Source: an uncultured Solirubrobacteraceae bacterium (GTDB taxonomy: Bacteria; Actinomycetota; Thermoleophilia; Solirubrobacterales; Solirubrobacteraceae). From it: a stretch of 59,428 bases of DNA. The translations under genes and the position numbers were made by a program. A model generated the notes under the pieces. It was not told the origin of the DNA. It worked only from the letters and a program-made list of their open reading frames with translations, and searched no databases. This document shows, one piece after another, positions 1 through 11,098 of this stretch; the first letter of the stretch is position 1, and each line of letters begins with the position of its first letter. The stretch covers positions 1-59,428 of the forward strand of contig CAZPQW010000021.1 in NCBI GenBank assembly GCA_964588985.1. The letters are read 5' to 3'.

Positions 1-2229
<2,229 letters not shown>

Positions 2230-2287
2230 CCGCGGCTCGTGCTGAGGTGGGTAAGCTTGGCTGCTCCCAGCCGCGACATACAACAAC

Positions 2288-2668
2288 ATGCTCGACAAAG
2301 CACTCGCCCATCCCACGGTGTTCGTCAGGGATCTCGATCGCGCTCGCGCGTTCTACGAGAATCTCGGCCTGACCGTCAGCGCGGAGGTCTCGACGGGGAT
2401 CTTCATGATTGCCGGCAACGGCACGATCTTCCCACTGCTCCACCGGGCGGACGCGACGCCTCCGTCACACACGGTCGCTGCATTTCAGGTTGACGATCTT
2501 CCGAGCGTGGTCGCGTCACTACGGGCTCGCGGGGTCACCTTCGAGGAATACGACTCACCCGCGCTGCGCACCGTCGACGGGATTGCCGACATGGGCGCCT
2601 ACCGCGCCGCGTGGCTGAAAGACCCCGACGGAAACTTCATCGGACTTCACGAGCCGCCCGCCCAGTAG
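2288..2668 (+). CDS. VOC (glyoxalase/bleomycin resistance) family protein
   Basis: VRDLDRARAFYENLGL and AWLKDPDGNFIGL motifs, 126 aa. Confidence 0.88.
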   Translation: MLDKALAHPTVFVRDLDRARAFYENLGLTVSAEVSTGIFMIAGNGTIFPLLHRADATPPSHTVAAFQVDDLPSVVASLRARGVTFEEYDSPALRTVDGIADMGAYRAAWLKDPDGNFIGLHEPPAQ

Positions 2669-2678
2669 CCTTGCGAGC

Positions 2679-3158
2679 ATGGTGAACATCAACGACGCCG
2701 TGTTCGACGAGCCGCGCGAACAGCCAGGCTTCCTCTGCGCCCGCGCGCGCCTCAGCCTCCAGGCGGGCAGCGAGCGGCTGGGGCTGAGCATGTGGGAGGT
2801 ACCGTCCGGCGAGGCGGCGTATCCCTACCACTACCACCTCACCGAGGAGGAGCTCGTGCTGGTGCTGCGCGGGACTCCGAGCCTGCGCACGCCCGAGGGG
2901 TGGCGCGATTTGGCGGAGGGCGAGGTGGTGGCGTTTCCGCGCGGGGAGCACGGCGGCCACCAGCTGGTCAATCGCAGCGCGGAGACGGTGCGCTTCCTGT
3001 CGTTCAGCACCAGCGGCGAGCCGGACGTTGTGATGTACCCCGACTCGGGCAAGCTCGGGGCGTTCGAGCGGCTGCCCGACGGAGGCGGCCTGCGTGTGAT
3101 GTTCCGCATGAGCGACTCGGTCGACTACCACGACGGAGAGCGCCCGCCGACGTTCTAG
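2679..3158 (+). CDS. Cupin domain protein
   Basis: PYHYHLTEEELVLVLRG and FPRGEHGGHQLVN metal-binding cupin motifs. Confidence 0.88.
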   Translation: MVNINDAVFDEPREQPGFLCARARLSLQAGSERLGLSMWEVPSGEAAYPYHYHLTEEELVLVLRGTPSLRTPEGWRDLAEGEVVAFPRGEHGGHQLVNRSAETVRFLSFSTSGEPDVVMYPDSGKLGAFERLPDGGGLRVMFRMSDSVDYHDGERPPTF

Positions 3159-3179
3159 GTGCGCGCCCAAATCGGGCCG

Positions 3180-3198
3180 GAGACGGATACACCGTCTC
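3180..3198 (+). terminator. Possible stem-loop after the cupin gene
   Basis: GAGACGG-ataca-CCGTCTC perfect 7-bp stem followed by AT-rich GTAAATATTT. Confidence 0.35.
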
Positions 3199-3297
3199 GT
3201 AAATATTTCGACGCCTTGTACGGTGGGAAGACCATCTCCACGGCAGCGCCTGAGGGCAAACGTGCACATACCCGCTGCTCGGCTCCAGTTGAGGGGC

Positions 3298-3326
3298 TTG
3301 ACATCGATCCAATCCTTGGGCATTTT
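3298..3326 (+). promoter_or_regulatory. Putative housekeeping-sigma promoter for the 3364 gene
   Basis: TTGACA (3298-3303), 17-nt spacer, CATTTT (3321-3326); AAAGGAGAGG ribosome-binding site just upstream of ATG 3364. Confidence 0.5.
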
Positions 3327-3363
3327 CGACTCGACAGGCAAGCGATCAAAGGAGAGGCTGGTC

Positions 3364-3942
3364 ATGCGACAGGTCAAGATGTCCGGAGTCGTGCTGGTGG
3401 CGATGCTCGCGGCTGGCTTGATTTCTGCGACGGGGGTATCTGCTCATGAATTCGAAGCAAGTAAAGCTCCAGGATTACTGTTAGGCAAAGCCGAGGGCTT
3501 ACGCATCTTCACGACTCCCGACGGAACCCTCACGTGTGAGGCGGCAGTCGCGCATGGTGTCATCAATGAAATAAGAATCTTAACGAAGTTAATGACGGTC
3601 TCGTACAGCAGCTGTACTACGAGCCTCGGGACCGTGGCAGAACCGATCAACGCGCAGTACATCTTCAGTGCCGACAATGGGGCCGTGTCGATTGAGGCGC
3701 CAATAAAAATCGAAATTTCCGCCGCTGGGGTGAAATGTCACATCCTTGTACCGGCGCAGAACAGCCTAAAAACAATCACGTATAGCAATCTGAGTGGGAA
3801 GATATTAGTGGCGACAAATCTCGAAAAAGTCGAATCGTCTGCCTCTGGAGCCGCCTGTCCGAACTACACGAGTAACAAAACCGGGAAAACGACCGGCACG
3901 GCGATAGTCGAACTGGTTGGCGGACAAATCCAGTGGACGTAG
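3364..3942 (+). CDS. Hypothetical secreted beta-rich protein, AT-richer than flanks
   Basis: RBS plus ATG at 3364; signal peptide MRQVKMSGVVLVAMLAAGLISATGVSA; four Cys; many A/T-ending codons. Confidence 0.75.
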   Translation: MRQVKMSGVVLVAMLAAGLISATGVSAHEFEASKAPGLLLGKAEGLRIFTTPDGTLTCEAAVAHGVINEIRILTKLMTVSYSSCTTSLGTVAEPINAQYIFSADNGAVSIEAPIKIEISAAGVKCHILVPAQNSLKTITYSNLSGKILVATNLEKVESSASGAACPNYTSNKTGKTTGTAIVELVGGQIQWT

Positions 3943-3966
3943 GTCGCCGCGCGGATTCTTGGACCC

Positions 3967-5421
3967 TCAGCCAGTCAGCGAAGCCCACAGGTGCTGAACG
4001 GCGTAGGAGCGGTATGGTCGCCAGCGCTCGGCCAGCCGCTCCGCAGCCTCGGGCCGTCCGTCCTGCCCGAGCCGCTCAAGCGCATGGCGCACGCCGAGGT
4101 CGCTCGGAAGGAACGCGTCGGGGTCGCGCAGCGCGCGCATCGCCACATACGCGGCGGTCCACGGACCGATGCCGGGCAGTGCGAGCAGCTGCGCGCGCGC
4201 CTGCTCGCGGTCAGCCCCCGCGTCGAGCACGAGCTCGTCTCGCGCGAGCGCCGCACAGAGCCCGAGCAGTGCGCGGCGACGCGCGCTGGGCATCGCAAGC
4301 CGCTCGGGGTCCGAGTCGGCGAGCGCGGCCGCCGTGGGGAACAGGTGCGTGACACCACCGAGCGGCCGGCGCAGGGGCTCGCCGCAGTCGGTCACCAGAC
4401 GACCCGCGAGCGTGCGCGCGCCGGCGACCGAGACCTGCTGGCCGAGCACCGCGCGCACCGTCAGCTCGTGCGCGTCCACGTTGCCCGGCACGCGCCGGCC
4501 GGGCGCGCCGCGCACGAGCGGTCCGAGCACCGCGTCGCCGCCCAGCGCCTCCACCGCCGCGTGCGGGTCGGAGTCGAGGTCGAGCAACGTGCGCGAACGC
4601 TGCATCGCCGCGCCGAGGTCGCGCAGGCTCTCCAGGCGAAAGCTCGCTCGCACGTGCCCCTCCGCGGGGCGAAGCTCGACCACGCCGGCGCCGTGCGGTA
4701 GGCGCAGGCTGCGTCGGTACACGCCGTCGCCCAGTTCCTCCACCCCCGGCACCGCGCGCATGCCCAGGAACGCGATCAGCCCGTCGGCGTCCAGCGGCGC
4801 GCGGTAGGGCAGGCGCAGGACCACCGCGCCACTGTCGCGCGTGTGACCATCCCGCCGCGCTCGCGCCCGGGCGCGCAGACCGCTCGGCGTCACCGCGAAC
4901 ACCTCCTGGATCGTCGCGTTGAACTGGCGCACGCTCTGAAAGCCCGCCGCGAACGCCACGTCGGTGATCGGCACCTCGGCGGTCTCCAGCAGGATCAGTG
5001 CGGTCTGCGCGCGCTGCGCGCGAGCCAGCGCGAGTGGCCCCGCTCCGACCACCGCCACGAGCTGCCTGTGCACGTGGCGCTCCGCATAGCCGAGGCGGCT
5101 CGCCAGTCCCCGCACGCCCTCGCGGTCGACCACGCCGTCCGCGATCAGCCGCATCGCCCGTCCAACCACGTCGGCGCGGCGGTCCCACTCGGGCGAGCCC
5201 GGCGTCGCGTCCGGGCGGCAGCGCTTGCACGCGCGAAACCCGCCCGCCTGCGCCGCCGCGGCGGTCGCGAAGAAGCGCACGTTCTCGCGTTTGGGGGTGC
5301 GCGCGGGGCAGCTCGGGCGGCAGTAGATGCCGGTGGTCCGCACGCCGCAGAACACCCACCCGTCGAAGCGCTCGTCGCCGGCCTCGATTGCCTGCCAGCA
5401 GCGGTCTGAGTCGAACGTCAT
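3967..5421 (-). CDS. alkA: AdaA-AlkA fusion: Ada metal-binding/AraC regulator plus 3-methyladenine DNA glycosylase II
   Basis: TTGIYCRPSC and FRACKRC zinc site, AraC HTH (VAFAAGFQSVRQFN), HhH LPGIGPWTA, WRPYRSYA. Confidence 0.93.
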   Translation of the reverse strand: MTFDSDRCWQAIEAGDERFDGWVFCGVRTTGIYCRPSCPARTPKRENVRFFATAAAAQAGGFRACKRCRPDATPGSPEWDRRADVVGRAMRLIADGVVDREGVRGLASRLGYAERHVHRQLVAVVGAGPLALARAQRAQTALILLETAEVPITDVAFAAGFQSVRQFNATIQEVFAVTPSGLRARARARRDGHTRDSGAVVLRLPYRAPLDADGLIAFLGMRAVPGVEELGDGVYRRSLRLPHGAGVVELRPAEGHVRASFRLESLRDLGAAMQRSRTLLDLDSDPHAAVEALGGDAVLGPLVRGAPGRRVPGNVDAHELTVRAVLGQQVSVAGARTLAGRLVTDCGEPLRRPLGGVTHLFPTAAALADSDPERLAMPSARRRALLGLCAALARDELVLDAGADREQARAQLLALPGIGPWTAAYVAMRALRDPDAFLPSDLGVRHALERLGQDGRPEAAERLAERWRPYRSYAVQHLWASLTG

Positions 5422-5453
5422 CGCAACACCGTGTCACAGCCGGCCGGCCGTGT

Positions 5454-5472
5454 CTGGCGGAAATCGGACATC
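5454..5472. promoter_or_regulatory. Candidate Ada-box upstream of adaA-alkA
   Basis: CTGGCGGAAATCGGACATC lies 33-51 nt upstream of the alkA start; resembles motifs I recall upstream of actinobacterial adaA-alkA genes, not verified. Confidence 0.3.
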
Positions 5473-5512
5473 GCCGTGTCGCGCCACGCGCGCACTATGT
5501 TGAGACTCGCCG

Positions 5513-5971
5513 ATGGCCACCGAGGAGATACACATCCGCTGGGCGAGCGACCCCGACGACGTGCCCGGCGCGATCGCCGTCCGCAAGCAGGTCTTCTGCC
5601 ACGAGCAGGGCGTGCCGGTAGAGGAGGAGATCGACGGGCTCGACGACGACGCGGAGCACCTCGTCGCGCTCGCGCCGCGGGACGGCCGCGAGCGGGTTAT
5701 CGGCACCGTGCGACTTCTGGTCGACGGGGACACGGCGAAAATCGGTCGCGTCGCGGTCGAACGCGACTGGCGCCGTCGCGGCATCGCCGCGCGCATGCTG
5801 CGGATGGCCATCCTCAGAGCCCGCGAGCGAGGGTGCCGGCGAGCGCGCCTCGCGGCGCAACTCGACGCGGTCGCGCTGTACGAGCAGGCGGGCTTCGTCG
5901 TGGAGTCGGACGAGTTCGAGGAAGCGGGCATCCCGCATGTGTGGATGGGGAGGACCATCGCACCGTCCTGA
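5513..5971 (+). CDS. GNAT family N-acetyltransferase (ElaA/YjcF-like)
   Basis: VRKQVFCHEQGVP, KIGRVAV..WRRRGIA, LYEQAGF, EAGIPHVWM. Confidence 0.9.
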   Translation: MATEEIHIRWASDPDDVPGAIAVRKQVFCHEQGVPVEEEIDGLDDDAEHLVALAPRDGRERVIGTVRLLVDGDTAKIGRVAVERDWRRRGIAARMLRMAILRARERGCRRARLAAQLDAVALYEQAGFVVESDEFEEAGIPHVWMGRTIAPS

Positions 5972-6013
5972 CCGTCGCGCGGGCTCCGCCGCGGCGTCTA
6001 TGCTCCAGCTACG

Positions 6014-7033
6014 GTGGACAACGCGACAGCGCACCCAGGGGGCGCCTTTTGGCGCGACGCGCTCGCGCCGTACGCGAAACCGCACCTCGGCCGCAGCCTC
6101 GTCGATCTCGCGACCTCGGTCGTTCCCTACCTCGCGCTGTCGGTCGCGATGTACATGTCGCTCGGGGTCTCCTATCTGCTGACGCTCGCGCTCGCGATCC
6201 CCGCGTCGGGCTTCCTCGTGCGCACGTTCATCCTCTTCCACGACTGCTCCCACGGCTCGTTCCTGCCGTCCAAGCGCGCCAACATCTGGCTCGGCGTCGC
6301 GCTCGGACTGCTCGTGTACTCGCCGTTCCTGCGCTGGCGCCACGATCACGCGATTCACCACGCCACAGCCGGCGATCTCGACCGGCGCGGCGGCGGCGAC
6401 GTGCGCACGCTGACCGTCGCCGAGTACGACGCCCTCTCGCCCCGCGGCAGGCTCGCCTACCGTCTGTTCCGCAACCCGGCGGTGATGTTCGGTATAGGCC
6501 CGATCGTGTCGTTGCTGATCGGGCCGCGCATCGTCTCGCGCTCGGCTCGCCCGCGGCTGCGGCGCAGCGTGATCCGCACCAACATCGCGCTCGCGGTGAT
6601 GGTCGGCGCGTTGTGCTGGCTGCTCGGCTGGAGCGACTTCCTGCTGGTGCAGGGGCCCACCGTGCTGCTCGCCGGCTCGGCCGGTATCTGGCTGTTCTAC
6701 GTCCAGCACCAGTTCGAGGACGTGTACTGGGAGAACACGGATGGCTGGAGCTACGCCGACGCCGCGCTGCGCGGGAGCTCGTATCTGAAGCTGCCGCGCG
6801 TACTGCAGTTCTTCTCGGGCAACATCGGCCTGCACCACGTTCACCATCTGAGCGCGCGCATCCCCAACTACAACCTGCAGCGCGCGCACGACGAGAACCC
6901 GATCTTTCACCAGGTCCCGGTTCTCACCCTGCGGGACGGGCTCCGCTCGGTGCGCCTGAAGCTGTGGGACGAGGACCGCGGTCGGATGGTCACCTTCGCG
7001 CAGGCGCACGAAAGAGCCGGAGAGTTGACATAA
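6014..7033 (+). CDS. Membrane fatty acid desaturase (Bacillus Des-like)
   Basis: His boxes HDCSH, HAIHH, HHVHH; YVQHQFE; IPNYNL. Confidence 0.92.
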   Translation: MDNATAHPGGAFWRDALAPYAKPHLGRSLVDLATSVVPYLALSVAMYMSLGVSYLLTLALAIPASGFLVRTFILFHDCSHGSFLPSKRANIWLGVALGLLVYSPFLRWRHDHAIHHATAGDLDRRGGGDVRTLTVAEYDALSPRGRLAYRLFRNPAVMFGIGPIVSLLIGPRIVSRSARPRLRRSVIRTNIALAVMVGALCWLLGWSDFLLVQGPTVLLAGSAGIWLFYVQHQFEDVYWENTDGWSYADAALRGSSYLKLPRVLQFFSGNIGLHHVHHLSARIPNYNLQRAHDENPIFHQVPVLTLRDGLRSVRLKLWDEDRGRMVTFAQAHERAGELT

Positions 7034-7051
7034 ACCAGCTATCCTGGACCT

Positions 7052-7225
7052 ATGCTCACGCAAGCGGATCGAGCGGCTGAGAAGCGCCGCGTCAAACTCG
7101 AGGACGTGCAGCGTCAGCTGAACGAAGGCTCCCTCACGATCCGCAAGATGACCGCCGAGGAGCGCAAGCGCTTCCCGCCGCAGCCCGCCGACGCGCGCCG
7201 CACCGCCGGCAAGCGTCGCAAATAG
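7052..7225 (+). CDS. Small basic hypothetical protein, 57 aa (below ORF-track cutoff)
   Basis: ATG 7052 to TAG 7225: MLTQADRAAEKRRVKLEDVQRQLNEGSLTIRKMTAEERKRFPPQPADARRTAGKRRK; host-like codon usage, fills the intergenic gap, TATCCT 6 nt upstream. Confidence 0.75.
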   Translation: MLTQADRAAEKRRVKLEDVQRQLNEGSLTIRKMTAEERKRFPPQPADARRTAGKRRK

Positions 7226-7238
7226 CGTTACCGCGCGC

Positions 7239-8390
7239 TCAGCTCGCCGCAGGCTCTGAAGCCGCCCGCCTCTCGAGATACGGCGCCAGGTACTTCGACG
7301 CGATCTTGCTCGGCGGCGACCACGTCGGCTCGTCGGTGATTTCGGAGCTGAACCCCTGCCCGCCGGTGATCCTCGCTGTCAGGTAGCGCGGCTTGCCGTC
7401 GGTGAGCAACATTCCGTGGACCACCGGGTGAAAGGGCTGCGGCGTCACGTCGGCGCCGGCCAGCGCCGCGATCGATTCCGCCACCGTGTCCGCCTGCTGA
7501 GAGGCCACGCCGCCGTGCTTGACCGCGAAGTCCGTCGCGTCGCCCGCGGCGTACACCCGCTCCACGTCGAGGACCGCTCCGAACGGGTTGACGCGGATGA
7601 AGCCGTGTTCGCTGAGTGGGATCCCGCGCACGCTCGGTCCGTACAGCTCCGGCAGCGCGACCACGCGGTCGACCGTCAGCTTCCGGTCGCCGGGGTTGAT
7701 CGTCACCGTCCCCGGGTGGGGCACTTCCGCGTAGGCGGAGTTGATCGTCCCCACGTTCGCCTTGTGCAGCAGCTCCTCGATCGCGCTGCTCGCGACCGGT
7801 CCGAAGATCGCGAGCGGCGTGTCCTCCGGCGTCACGATCGTCGTGGCCAGCTCCACGTCCATGTCGAACGCGCGTCCGGCGGTCATCAGCGCGAGCTCGT
7901 ACAGCGGCAGCGGCCACGCCATCCGTCCCGGCGCGACGAACGCCACGCTCTTCACATAGCCGCCCTCGATGTCCTGGATCAGCCCGGTGAGCGTCTCGTC
8001 GAGCTTGCGGTCGTCGACCGTGATCGCGTGTGCGTAGCGCGGGCAGATTTTCGCGCCCAGCGCCAGCACGAGCGCGTCGTACTCGACCTCCGCGTCGCCC
8101 TGCGTGTGCACGACCCGCGCGGCGGGGTCGACCCACGCGAGCTCGTCGACGACCAGCTCCGCGCCAAGGTCGCGCACGATCGGCTCCAGCTCGTAGCGCT
8201 CCGCCCGTGCGTATGCGAACGGCTCGCGCACCGTCATCGGGCGGTCGACGAACTCCGCGTTCGGCGCGATCACCGTCGCGGCGATCCGTTCGGGTGCGAG
8301 CTCGCGCAGGGCGAGGAGGGTCTCAAGCGCGGCCACGCCGCCGCCGGCGATCGTGACGCGAAGTTTTGAGGAAGGGTCTCGAATAGTCAT
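7239..8390 (-). CDS. FAD-dependent oxidoreductase, SQR/NDH-2-like fold
   Basis: IAGGGVAA dinucleotide motif, YDALVLALG, VYAAGDAT; only one Cys in the protein. Confidence 0.85.
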   Translation of the reverse strand: MTIRDPSSKLRVTIAGGGVAALETLLALRELAPERIAATVIAPNAEFVDRPMTVREPFAYARAERYELEPIVRDLGAELVVDELAWVDPAARVVHTQGDAEVEYDALVLALGAKICPRYAHAITVDDRKLDETLTGLIQDIEGGYVKSVAFVAPGRMAWPLPLYELALMTAGRAFDMDVELATTIVTPEDTPLAIFGPVASSAIEELLHKANVGTINSAYAEVPHPGTVTINPGDRKLTVDRVVALPELYGPSVRGIPLSEHGFIRVNPFGAVLDVERVYAAGDATDFAVKHGGVASQQADTVAESIAALAGADVTPQPFHPVVHGMLLTDGKPRYLTARITGGQGFSSEITDEPTWSPPSKIASKYLAPYLERRAASEPAAS

Positions 8391-8473
8391 ACACTCAACC
8401 TAACCCCGCGATCCGCCCCGGTCTGCCGCGATATGCCGTCGTTTCTGCGGGAAAACTACGTAGTTAGCCCTAC

Positions 8474-10234
8474 ATGGGGGCGACAACAACGATCGAAAGC
8501 GTCGAGCTAAGCTCCACAATCATGGGAGAATCCTCAGACGATCTGTGGCTCGGTCGACTGCTCGATGTCGGCCGCACGCTCGTGACCGAGTTGGACCTGA
8601 GCGTGGTGCTCGACCGCGTGCTGGAGACGGCGCGCGAGATCACCGGCGCGCGCTACGCGGCGGTGGGGATCCTCAACGACCGGCGCACCGAGCTCGAGCA
8701 GTTCCTCACGTCCGGCGTCGACGAGCACGCCCGCCGCGCGATCGGAGACCTGCCGCGCGGACGAGGCGTGCTGGGCGTGCTGATCGAGCATCCCGAGCCG
8801 CTGCGCCTCGGCGACGTCTCCTCGCACCCCCGCAGCTATGGCTTCCCGGCAGGGCACCCGGTGATGCGCAGCTTCCTCGGCGTGCCGGTGGTGGTCGGTG
8901 GTAAGGCGTGGGGCAACCTCTACCTCGCGGAGAAGGAAGGAGGTGGCGAGTTCGACGAGCGCGACGAGCGGGCCGCCGTGGTCCTGTCCGAATGGGCAGC
9001 GGTGGCGATCCACAACGCGCGCCTCTACGAGACGAGCGAGCTGCGCCGTCACGAGCTGGAGAAAGCCGTCCGCGGACTCGAGGCCACGCGTGACGTCGCG
9101 GTCGCGATCGGCGGGGAGATCGCCCTCGAGCACGCCCTCGAGCTGATCGCCAAGCGCGGACGTGCGCTCGTCGGCGCGCGGGCGCTCGTGATCATGCTGC
9201 GCGACGGCGAGGAGCTGGTCGTGCACGCGAGCGCCGGGCACGTGCAGGACAGGCAGGGCGTGCGCATCCCGATCGCCAGCTCGACCTCCGGCCAGGTGCT
9301 CGAGCGCCGCCTCCCGGAGCGGATCGTCGACGTCAGCGCGCGCATGAGGATCGCAGCCGAGGAGATGGGCGTCGAGGACGCGCAGACAGCGCTGCTCGTG
9401 CCGATGCACTACCGCGGCGACGGTGTGGGCGTGCTGGTCGCGTTCGACCGTGGCGAGTCCGGCAACGTGTTCAGCTCCGACGACGAGCAGATGCTGCGCA
9501 CGTTCGCGGCGAGCGCCGCGACCGCGGTGGCGCTCGCGCAGAGCGTGCAGACCGACCGCCTGCGCAGCTCGCTGGCGAGCGCCGAGGCCGAGCGGCGGCG
9601 CTGGGCACGCGAGCTTCACGACGAGACGCTGCAGGCCCTCGGCGGGCTGCGCGTGCTGCTCTCCACCGCCCTGCGCCGCGAGGAGCCACAGGTGATGCAG
9701 GACGCGATGCGCGAGGCGGTCGGGCGGATCGAGGTGGAGATCGAGAACCTGCGTTCGATCATCACCGACCTGCGCCCCGCGGCGCTCGACGAGCTCGGCC
9801 TGAGCGTCGCGATCGACACGCTCATCGACCGCCACCTCGACCGCGGCGGGCTGGAGATCGAGCGCGAGCTCGCGATCCTCACGCCAGCCGCCGGTGCCGA
9901 GCAGCTCGACGAGGACCTCGAGACCGCGGTGTACCGGCTCGTGCAGGAGGCCCTCACGAACGTCGCCAAGCACGCGCGCGCGAAGCGCGTGCAGGTCTCC
10001 GTGCGCGAGGCCGACGGCGAGATCACCGTTCAGGTGCGCGACGACGGCGCGGGCTTCGACCCGGAGACGGTCGACCGTGGCTTCGGCCTCAACGGTATGA
10101 GGGAGAGGGTGGGCCTGGCCGGCGGCACGCTGACCATCGAGTCCGGCGAGGGCGGGACGCTGCTCAGCGCGTGCCTGCCTGCGCGCCACACCAGTCGCGA
10201 CGCGCTCTCACGCGCCGATCAGGCCGCGTCCTAG
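8474..10234 (+). CDS. DosS/DosT-like double-GAF sensor histidine kinase (HisKA_3)
   Basis: GFPAGHPVMRSFLGVPV GAF-A motif with candidate heme His; ARELHDETLQ H-box; QEALTNVAKHA; DDGAGF; no obvious TM segment; start may be 8522. Confidence 0.9.
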   Translation: MGATTTIESVELSSTIMGESSDDLWLGRLLDVGRTLVTELDLSVVLDRVLETAREITGARYAAVGILNDRRTELEQFLTSGVDEHARRAIGDLPRGRGVLGVLIEHPEPLRLGDVSSHPRSYGFPAGHPVMRSFLGVPVVVGGKAWGNLYLAEKEGGGEFDERDERAAVVLSEWAAVAIHNARLYETSELRRHELEKAVRGLEATRDVAVAIGGEIALEHALELIAKRGRALVGARALVIMLRDGEELVVHASAGHVQDRQGVRIPIASSTSGQVLERRLPERIVDVSARMRIAAEEMGVEDAQTALLVPMHYRGDGVGVLVAFDRGESGNVFSSDDEQMLRTFAASAATAVALAQSVQTDRLRSSLASAEAERRRWARELHDETLQALGGLRVLLSTALRREEPQVMQDAMREAVGRIEVEIENLRSIITDLRPAALDELGLSVAIDTLIDRHLDRGGLEIERELAILTPAAGAEQLDEDLETAVYRLVQEALTNVAKHARAKRVQVSVREADGEITVQVRDDGAGFDPETVDRGFGLNGMRERVGLAGGTLTIESGEGGTLLSACLPARHTSRDALSRADQAAS

Positions 10235-10894
10235 CGCGTAGTCGACGAGCTCGGCTCGGGTGGTGAGCCCGAGCTTCGTGTGGATGTGCGCCCGGTGCGT
10301 CTCGATCGTGCGTGGCGAGAGCTGAAGTTTGTGCGCGACCTCGACGCTCGTGTGGCCGAGCGCGATCATTCGCAGCACTTCGACCTCGCGCTGGCTCAGC
10401 CTGTCCGAGAGCTCCTCTTCGAGCGCGCTCAGTCGCGCCGCCACGCGCGGACTCACGTAGGTCTCGCCGCGGGACGCCATGCGCACCGCCTCGGGAAGCT
10501 CCTCGTCGGCTCGATCCTTGGACACCACGGCCGCGGCCCCGGCGGCGAGCGCGTGCTGCGCGAACACGGGGCTCTCTTCCATCGTCAGCACGACGATCTT
10601 CGTCTCCGGCGCCCGATCGCCCAACGTCCGGATCGTGTCGATGCTCGACGCGCCGCTCATGCGCAGGTCGAGCACGAGCACGTGAGGCTGGTGGAGATCC
10701 ACCTGCTCTGTCACCGACGGGTGATCGTGGGCCTCAGCGATCACCTCCATGTCGTGCTCGCCGGCGAGCAGCAGGTGCAGGCTGCGGCGCATCATCGCGT
10801 GGTCGTCGGCGAGCAGTACCCGAATCGTCGCGACCTCCTGAACCACCGACAGGTTCGGCTTCCGTTTGGGTGCTGATTGCGGGATTGCCTCCAT
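10208..10894 (-). CDS. NarL/LuxR family response regulator
   Basis: LLADDH, VLDLRM receiver; LSQREVEVL..TIETHRAHI HTH. Confidence 0.92.
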   Translation of the reverse strand: MEAIPQSAPKRKPNLSVVQEVATIRVLLADDHAMMRRSLHLLLAGEHDMEVIAEAHDHPSVTEQVDLHQPHVLVLDLRMSGASSIDTIRTLGDRAPETKIVVLTMEESPVFAQHALAAGAAAVVSKDRADEELPEAVRMASRGETYVSPRVAARLSALEEELSDRLSQREVEVLRMIALGHTSVEVAHKLQLSPRTIETHRAHIHTKLGLTTRAELVDYALGRGLIGA

Positions 10895-10959
10895 ATCAAC
10901 AAGCTAGCCGTGCGCCTGGAGCGTGGCGACGGTGTTAAGACGCGGATCGACACCGGAAA

Positions 10960-11064
10960 AGCACGGATGCTGTTCCGTGCTGGCACTCAACTATGCGCGA
11001 TATCGTCACCGTGAGATCTACCGATCGGTAGTTTGCCGCAGCAAATTTGCGCAGAGTGACCGAT
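10960..11064. promoter_or_regulatory. Palindrome-rich divergent promoter region between regulator and cydA
   Basis: AGCACGGA-N6-TCCGTGCT (10960-10981), perfect CTACCGATCGGTAG (11018-11031), GCAAATTTGC (11041-11050). Confidence 0.55.
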
Positions 11065-11098
11065 TCGCGCCCTTGAGTCGATCTTTAGATTCGTCGGC

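Noticed and set aside
3250-3300. GGGCAAAC resembling the start of a c-di-GMP-I riboswitch
   Set aside because: No following GAAA-capped stem or GCAAAG element
7025-7045. TTGACA as -35 for the small ORF
   Set aside because: Only 9 nt from the TATCCT -10; lies within the desaturase coding end
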